Source of the DNA: Xylographa opegraphella
Taxonomy: Eukaryota
Length of the DNA: 20,000 bases
NCBI GenBank assembly: GCA_022813865.1
Contig: JALDZX010000005.1
Coordinates: forward strand, 664,583 to 684,582
Direction: 5' to 3'
Under the pieces are notes generated by a model that was not told where the DNA came from, made no database searches, and saw nothing but the letters and a program-made list of their open reading frames with translations. Position numbers and translations under genes: made by a program. Below, one piece after another: positions 9,863-20,000 of the stretch. Positions within the stretch are counted from its first letter, which is position 1; each line of letters begins with the position of its first letter.

Positions 9863-10938
9863 TCACTGTCCAACCCTCTTCGGTCTCCATAGAGACCTTT
9901 TACTACCGCCCGGTCTCTTGACCACCATTGAAGACTGGTAGAGATCTCTCAGCCGCTGGCTCACGGTATGCTGACGAACGTCATATATCACTACTGTATC
10001 CGAGGGCAAGCTGTACGTAAGAGCTGCTGGCGCCAGTTGAGCATCTGCAACATGGAGAGGCTCTTCTGAACGGATCCGGAGCTGTCTGCGGAGGTTCCAT
10101 CTGGCAGCTTGTGATATGACTGTGTCGTCCACCGAAGTCTCACGCTCGGTGACCACTTCGGAACCACGCAGCGTCACCAAATCAATCTCTTCCTCGACGA
10201 ATAATGGGCTCTGGACTTGAGCATCCTGTACATGAATGCTCTCTCCGGGGGAATGTTCCGTCAAAGCAACCGCTTCGGCCAGAAGCATCAGTCCTACTTC
10301 GTCACGACGGTCTTCTCCGGTAGCCGAGATAGTAGATTGCGGCGAGGGTAAGCCGAGGGCTAGTAGATAATCAGCAGTTTCTTCGATTTCAGAGGCCGCC
10401 TGTATCATATCAGAATCGAATAGCACATTCAGTGAATGTGGTGCTTTACTTTCGCGGCTGCCCTCGTTATTCGCGCCGGCTTGCTACTCTCCGTTCTTTG
10501 CATAGTCTTATCTCCTCTATCTTCCTTGGCTCTTCTTCGTCTTTTCTGTTTGTTTCGAACATTCTGTGTGACACTTTCATCGTCGCTTTCCTCTATTACC
10601 TTTCTCGCCCTTTGTTTCCTTAGAGCTGGCAGATTTTGTACCATCTCTGTTCGTACATCTTGGTGAATTTCTGGACTTCGCCTGAGTATAGGTGATACCG
10701 GCTCCGGTGTCGGCACTTTTGGTTGAGAAATACTGTTCACTATTCGCGGGCGGCCTCCTTCACCAGCATTCAACACATGAATATTGTCGTTGATTCCAAC
10801 GTCCACGCATGGCGTACAAATGTGGAAGCCGCAATCTTTACAGCGGTACAATATCGCTTTATTGTTACGGTTGCACCTGTCACATTTGGCTGTATGGATT
10901 GTGATCGGAATGAAATCATAGTGCAAACACTTTCCCAT
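9863..10938 (-). CDS. Hypothetical protein with N-terminal Cys/His-rich (C1/ZZ-like) zinc-binding motif and basic NLS-like region, 2 exons
   Basis: MGKCLH...KCDRCNRNNKAILYRCKDCGFHICTPC. A 50-nt intron at 10449-10400 (GTAAAG...CTGAT...ACAG) joins ORFs 10429..11235 and 9863..10426 in the correct phase. Confidence 0.75.
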
Positions 10939-12846
10939 GGCGGAGCGGGTTCTGCCGCTGCAGCAAGAGCTGGGAAAGAAGATGAAGGTTGCCCAACGGC
11001 ATGCAAGGCTGGAGAAATAGAAATGCCGGAGTTGAGACTTGGAGCTGTTAATGATCAAGTGAAGCATGATGAATGAGCGACTTACTACCACCTGCAAGGA
11101 CGAAGAATGAGATCGTGGTAACTGGCAGTCAACCAAAGTGTCTTTCATCCATAGATCTGCGTAACTGGATGGAGTATGACGGGTTTCTATGACGAGTATT
11201 GAAACTGATGGGGGTACCACTGTTAAATAGCCCATTTTCTCATTCGTGAATCACCACTAGTCGGCGTCGCTTCTGAGTTTGCAAATGATTCACTCCGGGA
11301 GAAGACCCCCAAGCCCCTCTCTCGACCTTGCGCCTCACATTTATCTCAGCAGAGCTCATTTCAAGCTTGGCAGTCGCTTGGTGGTGGTCACCATGATCGC
11401 CGTGAGCAGTGTGCTGCTTAGTGCAAGTTGCGCAAGCAGAAGTCCACCGACATCAGACTGGGATCTTCGAGCCTGTCTCGTGAAAACGTCTAATTCGACA
11501 TGTCCATGAACAATGAGGATAGAAGGCCAAGTGATACGAAACTCGAGTTGTGCTTAAGCTGATGGGCAGCGGGCAGTGTGTTCCACGTGGTGTCCATCAG
11601 CAGGTCTCGTAGGATCGGCAGCAATGAATTTCTGCGTAGGATGATGAATTGGGCTTCACATGGAGTTACATCGATAAGGTTCAGTACGCTTGAGGTCGGT
11701 ATTTCCATCAGTCAAGATTGTTTAACGAAAGCGTTTGTCTCGTCCACCTTCTCGTACTTCTCATTGCAGGCTTGATCGGCCCTGTGCTTTATTTTCTTCT
11801 CTTCTCTTCTCGTCATATAATGTACATTCGCCATGCGGAACATGATGGAATAAGACACAGAATCCAGGACTGAGCTGAGGGCAAGGACGAAGTGACTACG
11901 CTCTTGGTTTCTTTCGTGCAATTCGTGGAAGGCTTATCTTTATTATAGTAGATATGTTCTGTTAAATCGATCTATCTTCCTAAATGGTTCTCACTGAAAC
12001 GCAGAATTCCGAAAACATTAAATGGGTGACTGTGAGAGGCTGGCGCATCACTCTGAGACTATAACCGACGAACGCGAACGGGTACGTAGAGGTGTGAAAG
12101 CGGAGACGGGCTTGTAGCATTAGCAGAGGTCCTGATAAATGATGATGTGAATGTGCAGTAGACTTATTACGCTGAGCTCCAACCCACAGAGCCAGCGGTA
12201 CTCGCAGCTGTATCGCCCAGATGAAAAGCACAGTATTCACCTTTCCCTCAATAGCTGATCCGGGTGTGATTGTTCGAGCATGCATCGTCTGGTAGGAGCT
12301 GGGATCGTCTTTGCCGCCCGCAAGAGAATCACGGAGAAGTATCGAGCCAGACAATTTCGAGGACTTGTAGAGAGCTGGCAGAGCTTTAAATCTCGCGAAA
12401 GATGTATTAAAGATATCCGGATAAAGCGGCAGTGGAACAAGACGTTAGGATTTGTCGGAGGAAGCGAGTATGAGAGTCGAGCCGAGTGGCCAGGTCCACA
12501 GTACAAGCGTATGTGTTCGACGAGCTCAATCAATGACGACAGATCATAGTGATCCAGCGATCTCAATCACGTACAAGCTCCCGCGCTCGTTCAGGCATGC
12601 ATTCGTACCTTCTGAAATGTTCTTCATGATATGTGCTACCTGTCGATGGAGGCTTGGAGGCATCGGGCTCCACTATCTCATACACGCATCGTCGTAGGGA
12701 ACAAATAGGAAAACCTCACTGAATGAACCGATGCATCGGAGTAGACTCCAGAACTCAATTATGTCAGGATATGGCAACTGGAGACGACATCACAAGCAAC
12801 AGCTGTAGCAGACAATCCAACGCTAAAGTCTCAATTCTCTCCGGGC

Positions 12847-14740
12847 TCAATAGCTGAAGTCTTCATACACAACTTCCTTTCCAGCTACCCATTGGAGGAG
12901 GCTCTTCTTGAGCGCTGTCCCGGTGCAGATGTACCACTTATCTGAAATGTCCAGATCCACTTCAAGATCCTTGGCCATTATTCGCCGTCTAGCCACCCTT
13001 GAGCACATGGATTCTACCACTGCCATTGAAGCTTGTTCTGAAGCAACGTCATGGAGGTTGCTGCTCGATACGAATAAGGAGGTCGAAGATGCTAAAGCCG
13101 GTACTCGTTGAAATGTTGCGAGCACTAGCCCGATGTCTTGGATGTTGATAGTCCAGAACAAGTGTAGTCCATTCAAATCCAGATGTGAGACTTGACCAAG
13201 CAAAGGCGTGATCCCTATACCGCCAGCCACAACAGGTGTAATTTTACCCGCCCGCTGCTCTATCACAAACTCCCCTCCGAAGCCTTTGAGCGGCACTTCA
13301 AGGCCTGCACGCACATTCTGTCTAAACATGAAATTTGTAACGACACCGACATTACGGATAGTGATTTCGAATTCATCGTCAGGCAACTCGGCCCCATTTG
13401 GAGGAGATGAAAGTGTAAACGTACGCATGTAATCGTCGTTGAGGCTTCTCGGGTCATCATCTCGCATGTGGCTGTAACCTGTACTAAGCTCGTTTTCAAA
13501 TGACAAAGCGACGTACTGCCCAACTTTCCAACGACCAGTAGCAATAGGGTCGCTGATACCGAAGTGGAAACGTGCTATGGTGGGTGTCAGGACTTCTCGT
13601 TTGAGCAACTTTGCGTTCACGCGGGATATTTCGTTTTCATGTGGTATTGCCGCTCCTCCTTCAGTTGCTAAGTATCGAACAGCTGGATTGTACGGGGATC
13701 TCTCGCCTGCTATACCTCGAAATGACAAGCCGGTCTCAACAAAACGAGCCTCTTGTACTAAAATTTTGACGACTAGCTTCGACTTCGGTATGACGGCTGC
13801 AGCATCTCGTCCCGCTATTATTTCTGTGGTTGCTGTCAGGTACAGTACGTCGCCGTTCTCGAAATTCGGAAAGACTAATCCAGCTTTAGATGACACTTGT
13901 AAATTACCAAGCGTTTGGTAGAAGCGGTTCCCAGAATATTCAGGGTAAACCAATGTGACACCGTCACTGCTGTTTGACATGACACGAACAAAACCAGGAG
14001 AACCACCACGATGATTCGTGCTCATACAAGATCTTTCGTCCGAAGAAGTTAAGAAGAATAAATCAGCTTTGTGGAGAAGCTCAAGTGCTTGGCATGACAA
14101 TGGAAAGGCTGAGGATATTAATTTTGGTGACGGCGGTACCGAACTTAACTCTTTCTTGTTCAAATATTTAGGGCAATTTCCTGACACGTGTGAGCCGGTT
14201 ACCATTTGTAGTCCGTACAGATAGATCATACCTACCCAAACTGGAGTCGACCTTGAGTACGACCTGCGCTTCCCCTATCTTACCGTCCTCGCCTGATGTC
14301 TGCAGTCTTGTACGATCAAGAGCACCGGCTATGACATGTCCAGAGAACTTAAGTCGTCTTCTAGCTGCCAGATCTATTGCCAATCCTGCGAGTGAGCGCC
14401 CCGCAATCCCTTTCTCTGTAATCTGACCACCCGCTTGGTGGCCTAGCAGAGTTTCCACGATTGGATCGTACTGCTTATCGACAAGAGTCTTGATCCCAAG
14501 GGTTGACGAACCCAAAGACTGTAGAAAGCCAGCCTCACCGCCCCAGAGGGTTGTCCACAGTCGGCCCCCAAGGTCATGTGTCCCTATAGCGAGTAACGGG
14601 GCCGTCTGAAGGAAATTTCCTCCGCCAGGGGTAAGACATGGATAAGTTGGATTCTCCATTGATAGGTCATTGTGCATGAGCGAGTGCATCTTTTGCTCAC
14701 CTTCATGCCAACCAGTATTACCCAGATATATGTTTGCCAT
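12847..14740 (-). CDS. Pyridoxamine 5'-phosphate oxidase-like FMN-binding / FAD-binding FNR-type oxidoreductase fusion, 2 exons
   Basis: GWHEGE N-terminus and LWTTLWGGEAGF. Intron 14235-14181 restores SLGNCPKY. Also NHRGGSPGFVRV, YPEYSGNRFYQTLGN, RTFTLSS (FAD), AGGIGITP (NAD(P)) and C-terminal YEDFSY. Confidence 0.92.
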
Positions 14741-15240
14741 TGAGCACGAGGCCGAGGTGTGTTACCAAGGTATAGTCTGATATACTTGCTAGGGAAAACA
14801 CAGAGAAATTTATCAATCATAAAGCAGATGTAGTTTGAATGAATCTGGTATCAAGATCGGAAGAAAAGTTGAACATCTGGCAGTGTATTACTGATATAAA
14901 TAAGGTTCGAGTACTCTATTTGGAATATCAATTGCAAATGGAATCGAGTATGCTAAAGCAGCGAACCGCTATTAGCCAATACGTATGTGGTTCAGTAATC
15001 AGACATGAGACACACGCCATCATGCTTTGGTTGAAGCCGTCGCTTGTACCGCGGGCGGATTGAACATATGGATTACAGGTGACCTGGTAGGGTAGCCTGG
15101 TGTGGCCATGATGTACTTTTGGTAGGCGGGCATGGGCTCATGCGTTTAGTGGCTTCATCAACGGTGATTTAGCGAGCATGGACCCCTATCCTAGTCCTAT
15201 CCTGGTCTTAAAGATCAGCCGCGAGGTTCAGTGTAGCTTA

Positions 15241-15258
15241 ACGCGTGCCTTGTCGCGT
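15241..15258. promoter_or_regulatory. Paired MCB-like (ACGCGT / TCGCGT) elements in the divergent promoter upstream of RAP1
   Basis: ACGCGT at 15241-15246 and TCGCGT at 15253-15258, ~190 nt before the RAP1 ATG. Short motifs; function is inferred. Confidence 0.3.
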
Positions 15259-15439
15259 CAAGCATGAGATGTGAACCACTACTGTCTGTTTCTGAGGACT
15301 AGATACTGCAAGTAAGGCCTGGTCTGGTGTCGTCGCAACGCATTTCGCTGATATATTATTTCCTGTAGTTGAACTGACAGGTATCGGCATCATTTGTCAT
15401 TGCGAGTCATTATCAGTCATCCAACCGAGGCTTCCGCAT

Positions 15440-17543
15440 ATGGCACAGATTGTCTACACCGGCGTTGCAGACAATGCTGGTGTTTCTGGTACCCTCTTCC
15501 AAGGCGCAAAATTCTGGTTCTCGCGCCGAGTTCCAAGCAGATCGACGTTCATTGAGCAAGTGAAGGCCAATGGAGGTGAAGTTGTCTCATTGGAAACATT
15601 CGCCGACATCAAGATCGTGGATCATTTGAAGTCGGACAATGCGCCAGGAACCTACTCGTACCGGTATATCGAGCGGTCTATCCGCAATAGTGTTCTTGAA
15701 GATCTCGAGGACCATCGTGCGGGACCTGCCAGGAATTCCATCAGGCCTGCTGGGGCAGTTGGTAAACCCACGAAAGGCACTCGAACACCATTTACTGCAG
15801 CCGATGACCAGGTGATTTACGATTTGGTCGATGAGACTGAGCGGAAAGGAGGAGCGACTTTTGGGAACGAGATATACAAGCAACTGGGACTGATCGTACG
15901 AAACAGCTACGAAACATGGCCAAATCTTACGCTAATTAGAGTACAGAATCCCCGACATACGTGGCAATCATGGCGAGAACGATGGGTGAAGATACTGAGT
16001 AATAAGCCCAGACCGGCTCGCGTTCCAAGCAATGCACCACCAACTCCTCCCAACGATCAGTCCGAGGCTATCACCCAGAAAACACCTAAGATTACTGCTA
16101 AGCCTGCTGCGGTGGCCTTCACAGCAGAAGATGCTAAGAAATTATTGAACGTGGCCGAGAGTATATGTGACATCCTTCCTGAAAACGATGAGGAGGCGTG
16201 GCAGACTTGGGCCGACAAAGTCAGTGGCTTGTTCCGCTGTATTCTTCCGTAACTCAACTGACCCTCTCGTGTAGTACCCTCACCACTCTGCTCATGAGTG
16301 GCGCAACTTCTGGAAAGCGAACATCCGTCCAATACACCTGAAGCAGCAGAGGAACTCAAAGACGGCAACGCCAAGGCAGATGGAATCTGTCGTGGATGGC
16401 AACGTGACCCAGAAGCCCCAGGAAGATGCCGATAACCCTCTCCAAATCAACAGAGCTATGGTGTCTACTGCGATCTTGTCGTTGTCAGAGAAGCCAAAGA
16501 CTCCTGTTCCATCGAAGCACCAAGGTTCGAGTGAAGTTTCCGACGATATCATTATACCAGTCAAAGTCGTACGGCCTACGGGAGGAGAACCCCCAATTAT
16601 CAGCAAGTCACCGAAACGGAGTCGAGACAGCTCGGTGGAAGCGCCCCCGAGAAGCTCACCTCCGATCAACCAACAGAGTCCATATCGCAAGCGACGCAGA
16701 ATAGAACAAGGGCTTCCAATACAGAAAGAGATACCGTCAACCCCTGAGAGAAGTCCTCTCACCATACGACGTCATCCCCCCACACCGGTGCAGTCTAACA
16801 TCATCAAACTCGAAGAGGAGTCAGATGTGGAGTCTGCGGTTGACGATGAAGATGAAAATGGTGACTACGATGCAGTGCCAGACCAGCCAGCTTCGCAATC
16901 ACTTTCGGAGCCCGAGCAGGCTTTGGCAAAGATAAGGAATGTCTTCAAAGACCCGAGACAGCTTATGGACTTTGATTTGCCAGCGCCCGAAGGAGGTTGG
17001 GCCGAGAGCGACGTTCAAGCAGATCCAGATGAGGAGCTGGAGATTCCTCAATCCATTAACAGACGGGAAGACACACAAGCGATACTGCAAGGCCAAACGC
17101 CAGCGTTCGATTTCTCGATCCCTGAGCCAGAGGAAGGATGGGACTTACTGATGCAACCTCCCCCTTCCTCACCACCAGTCCCCGTGGATGAAGCAGGTGA
17201 CTATGTCAGCGACGAAGGGCCAGAGGAGCTCATGGACGAGCAAGAAATGATTGCCATCCTAGAAAAGTGGCTGGATAGCCGGATGGAGAGCGGTGTTGAC
17301 GCCGAGATCTTGGGACTCGCTCTGAAAGCCACAAACAATGATCCGGAGCTTGCCGATCTCGTGCTGGAATCGTTGGACCGGGATGAAGGAGTTCCGGCTG
17401 ACGTTAGAGGTATATGGACGGAAGAAGACGACGAATGTCTGGACGCGGTGGATGCGCGGAAGATCAACGCCATGATCGAGAAGCACGGGCAGGACGGGCT
17501 CGACCGGAGGTACGAGTTTTTGAGGAAGTACAATGCCAACTAG
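15440..17543 (+). CDS. RAP1: Telomere-associated protein Rap1 (BRCT, Myb, second Myb-like, acidic linker, Rap1 C-terminal domain), 3 coding exons
   Basis: BRCT: LFQGAKFWFSRRVP..ANGGEVV..YSYRYIERSI. Myb: RTPFTAADD..GNEIYKQL..NPRHTWQSWRERW, after removing in-frame intron 15896-15946. Intron 16220-16274 gives YPHHSAHEWRNFW. C-terminal domain: ALKATNND..GVPADVRGIWTEEDD..KHG..RRYEFL. Confidence 0.93.
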
Positions 17544-19885
17544 GAGGGCTATGTGGAGTGCTTGGACCCATTGCTCGGTGTGGATTGGCAGATTTACGCC
17601 GTGGTGGGTGATGCTGCCAGCAGACCTTTGCTTTATCTATCGTATGTACAGCTACCGCTTTTCCTCCGATGCAGATAAGTGGTTTACATGTAAAGCTGTA
17701 TTTGGTCTTCTCATTTACATTGTACTTTAAATAGATTTCGCTTCTGGGTGGCAGATTCTGCAGCGCTACTAATCCCAGGACAAGCCCATTGCCATCCTGT
17801 CTTTATCAATGTCGCTCGCCGTCGATACGGTTCCCAACATCTTCTGCTTCGGTGTGCTCCGCAAGTGACCGTTCACTTTACACCCACGATGCTCAATAGC
17901 GGCTGACACTGAGAGCTCTGGCCCTAGCTTCACTGGCGGTGTCGAGGGCAGTCCTTAGCGCGATCCAGCAGCTGGTACTCCCCATCTGGAAAGCGACGCT
18001 TTCCCCAAGCAAAAGTGAGAAAACTCCATCGGAGAAGTCGGATGCGCTGACATCTCACCCCGGGGTGTTTTCTGGGACGGTTCTCGGTATGGTGTGTATG
18101 TGTGTGATGGGGAAACTTGTCCTAGCTTGACTCTGGGCGTCTACGTCCTCGATCCTTTCTGACGGAGAGGATTCTTGTTATCAGTGCGCTCGCGAGCTCG
18201 TGGCGCTGCTGTGTTCGAGCAGAGGGCTAGGGATGGGGTGAGTTGATCTGGTGGATAGGGTTGAGGTGAAGGGTCAGACTTTCTCCTTTTGTTCGTTTGT
18301 GGGCTCTATTTCGAGATAGCGGATTGTCTGTCCTGTCTCATCGCCAGCTGCTCCCTGCCAGCTGCTTCCTCCGCGGCTTATCCGATGATACTTGCACACG
18401 ATTGACTTGGACAGCGTTCGACAAAGGCTCGTGGATGCAACGGATGCGAAGAAGAGGATCTTGGTCTGTTTTCCGCTTTGCACTCTCCGGGTTTCCGAGA
18501 AGCCACAAGCCGTTGGCATGTTACTTATTCTTTCAATGTCTGGCTACACTTCGGCTCCAAGTACAATCAGAAAACCGCCGTCTACAGCATGCGCTGCGTT
18601 CGGTCCTTCAATGGCCGAGACGGGCCGGTTACGAGTCAATCGCTCTGTACATGTCCTGTTTGTGTCCTTCGTCTGAAACCACCAGGTGAATGTGACTCGA
18701 GCGTAGTGAGCATACATGCCAGGACCGATAGTCGACCTGTCAGTCGCGAGTCGGAGAAGAATACGCGCGAGTCTGTAGCGAAGGCCCTGTCGCCTGTTGC
18801 CGGCGATCCGCTCAGACCTGCATGACCCTTGACAGACTTTTCCCGCATCGCTCAATAGCCATTCTCCCAAGCTCAACACTTTTAGCACACGACTCCAACG
18901 GGCGGACCGCTCTTCTGCTCCAGCGCCTCACTCCCCATCATTCGTGAACTTGGCCAACGATTTCCAAGTCCGCCAGACGATCAGCCTATGCAGAGACATC
19001 TCGCAGGCTCCGACCCAGGATAGACCGTCCGCACCCAGCCAGCCTCGGCCTCGGGAATCTTCCTCGGCGGTCACTATATAAGGCGTCGCAGATACACACC
19101 ATCGGGTCTTCGACCTGCGCCCCGGCCAGGATACAAGCCCATGTATTCACCCTGCCACGATACCGGCACGCGAGCAGATCAGATCAAATACCAAATCACC
19201 CCTCCATAGACCCTTCACCAAAAACCTCTTTCCAGCTTTAAAAAGTCATCCAAGGGGCATAAGCATCGGAAGCACCGCTCACATCAGCGTACGAATAAAA
19301 GCACAGTCAAGTCTCACAAAGCATCCATCGCCTCCAGGTGGACAAAACAGAGGTCGAATACTGTATCACAAAGCACGCGAAACGGTCGCAGGCCCGGGAG
19401 TGCCGGGCGGGAATAGACCCGTCATTTATTTACTTACCGTAGCGGGCGTCCGTTACCAAACTAAGGGGCATAACGGTTCCTGCCCCGGCGGCATAAGCCC
19501 TAAACGATGCTGATTCCGGAGGGGAGGCTCAGTAATCGTCCGCCCGGGAGCGTGCGTTGAGGGGTGTCACGACTCCTGGTGGTCGGTCATCCAGCCTGAT
19601 CGATCGAACAGAAAGTAAGGTACTCCGTTGTAGCCGGGGCACAGCAGACTCAGGTCAACCACCCAAATTGATTGATAAGGATGCTAAGCTACGGAAGGAA
19701 GAACTTCCTATTTAAACTAATTTTTAACAGAACCCGGAAATTACGTCATCAGGCCCACACCAATCCCCTTTTTTCCTTTAAACAATAACGAGAGTTCGAT
19801 TTTTTACGATTTTAATAATTAGTATATTTTTAGCACTTTTAGCTATATTAGTATTAACCCTAAAAAATTCTTTTACTATAATTAA

Positions 19886-20000
19886 TGTTGGAAATAGCGT
19901 TGCCTGGCAGAATGCCATCTATGTTGCCTGCAGGCAAACATAGACGCTAACCTGCTTCTAGACTAGCGTAGCCGTATATAAGGGAGCTTTCTTCCTTAAG
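19886..20000 (+). mobile_element. Probable start of an LTR (solo or 5' LTR, copia-like TGTTG start), truncated by the window edge
   Basis: Abrupt switch from the AT-rich flank at TGTTGGAAATAG (19886). Near-palindrome at 19918-19944, TATATAAG at 19975, and a TpA-rich RIP-like tail. The other end and any target-site duplication are not visible. Confidence 0.5.

Noticed and set aside
12132..12175. CTGA...ATGATGA...CTGA box C/D snoRNA-like motifs
   Set aside because: C-to-D spacing is too short, no clear upstream C box or terminal stem, and no recognisable rRNA guide.
12280..12549. 89-aa plus-strand ORF
   Set aside because: Protein-like in places but with no recognisable motif or supporting gene structure. 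It may be a gene relic but cannot be supported.
3145..14740. Possible metabolic gene cluster (dioxygenase, flavoprotein, nucleotidyltransferase)
   Set aside because: No backbone enzyme, transporter or pathway regulator. The genes are interspersed with housekeeping loci.
19431..19440. TACTTACC resembling the U1 snRNA 5' end
   Set aside because: No U1-70K loop (GATCA), U1A loop (ATTGCAC) or correctly spaced Sm site follows. More likely a minus-strand GTAAGT donor or chance.
19746..19752. CTGATGA hammerhead core on the minus strand
   Set aside because: No stem II or GAAA follows.
19855..19863. TAACCCTAA, identical to the Neurospora telomerase RNA template
   Set aside because: It lies in an unstructured AT-rich RIP-like flank 23 nt from a probable LTR. 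A 9-mer is expected by chance there.

Overview
Eukaryotic DNA from a filamentous ascomycete (Pezizomycotina-type), judged from ~50-nt GT-AG introns with CTRAY branch sites. The window is mostly housekeeping genes. In order: the 3' end of an unidentified gene, a small orphan ORF, an 8-exon PAQR/IZH (haemolysin-III family) membrane protein, a small atypical RING protein, an intronless GC-rich 2OG-Fe(II) dioxygenase, a GMPPA-type mannose-1-phosphate guanylyltransferase, a Cys-rich orphan, a pyridoxamine-oxidase-like/FNR flavoprotein, and the telomere protein RAP1. The window ends in an AT-rich, RIP-like stretch and a probable LTR start. The best unexplained signals are non-coding: (i) a ~185-nt minus-strand unit at ~2231-2465 with TATA, B-box, six consecutive hairpins and an oligo-T end, a candidate Pol III ncRNA that does not fold as a tRNA; (ii) a nested-inverted-repeat, motif-repeating segment at ~19240-19690 downstream of RAP1. 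All gene models were spliced by eye; no database searches or folding programs were run.
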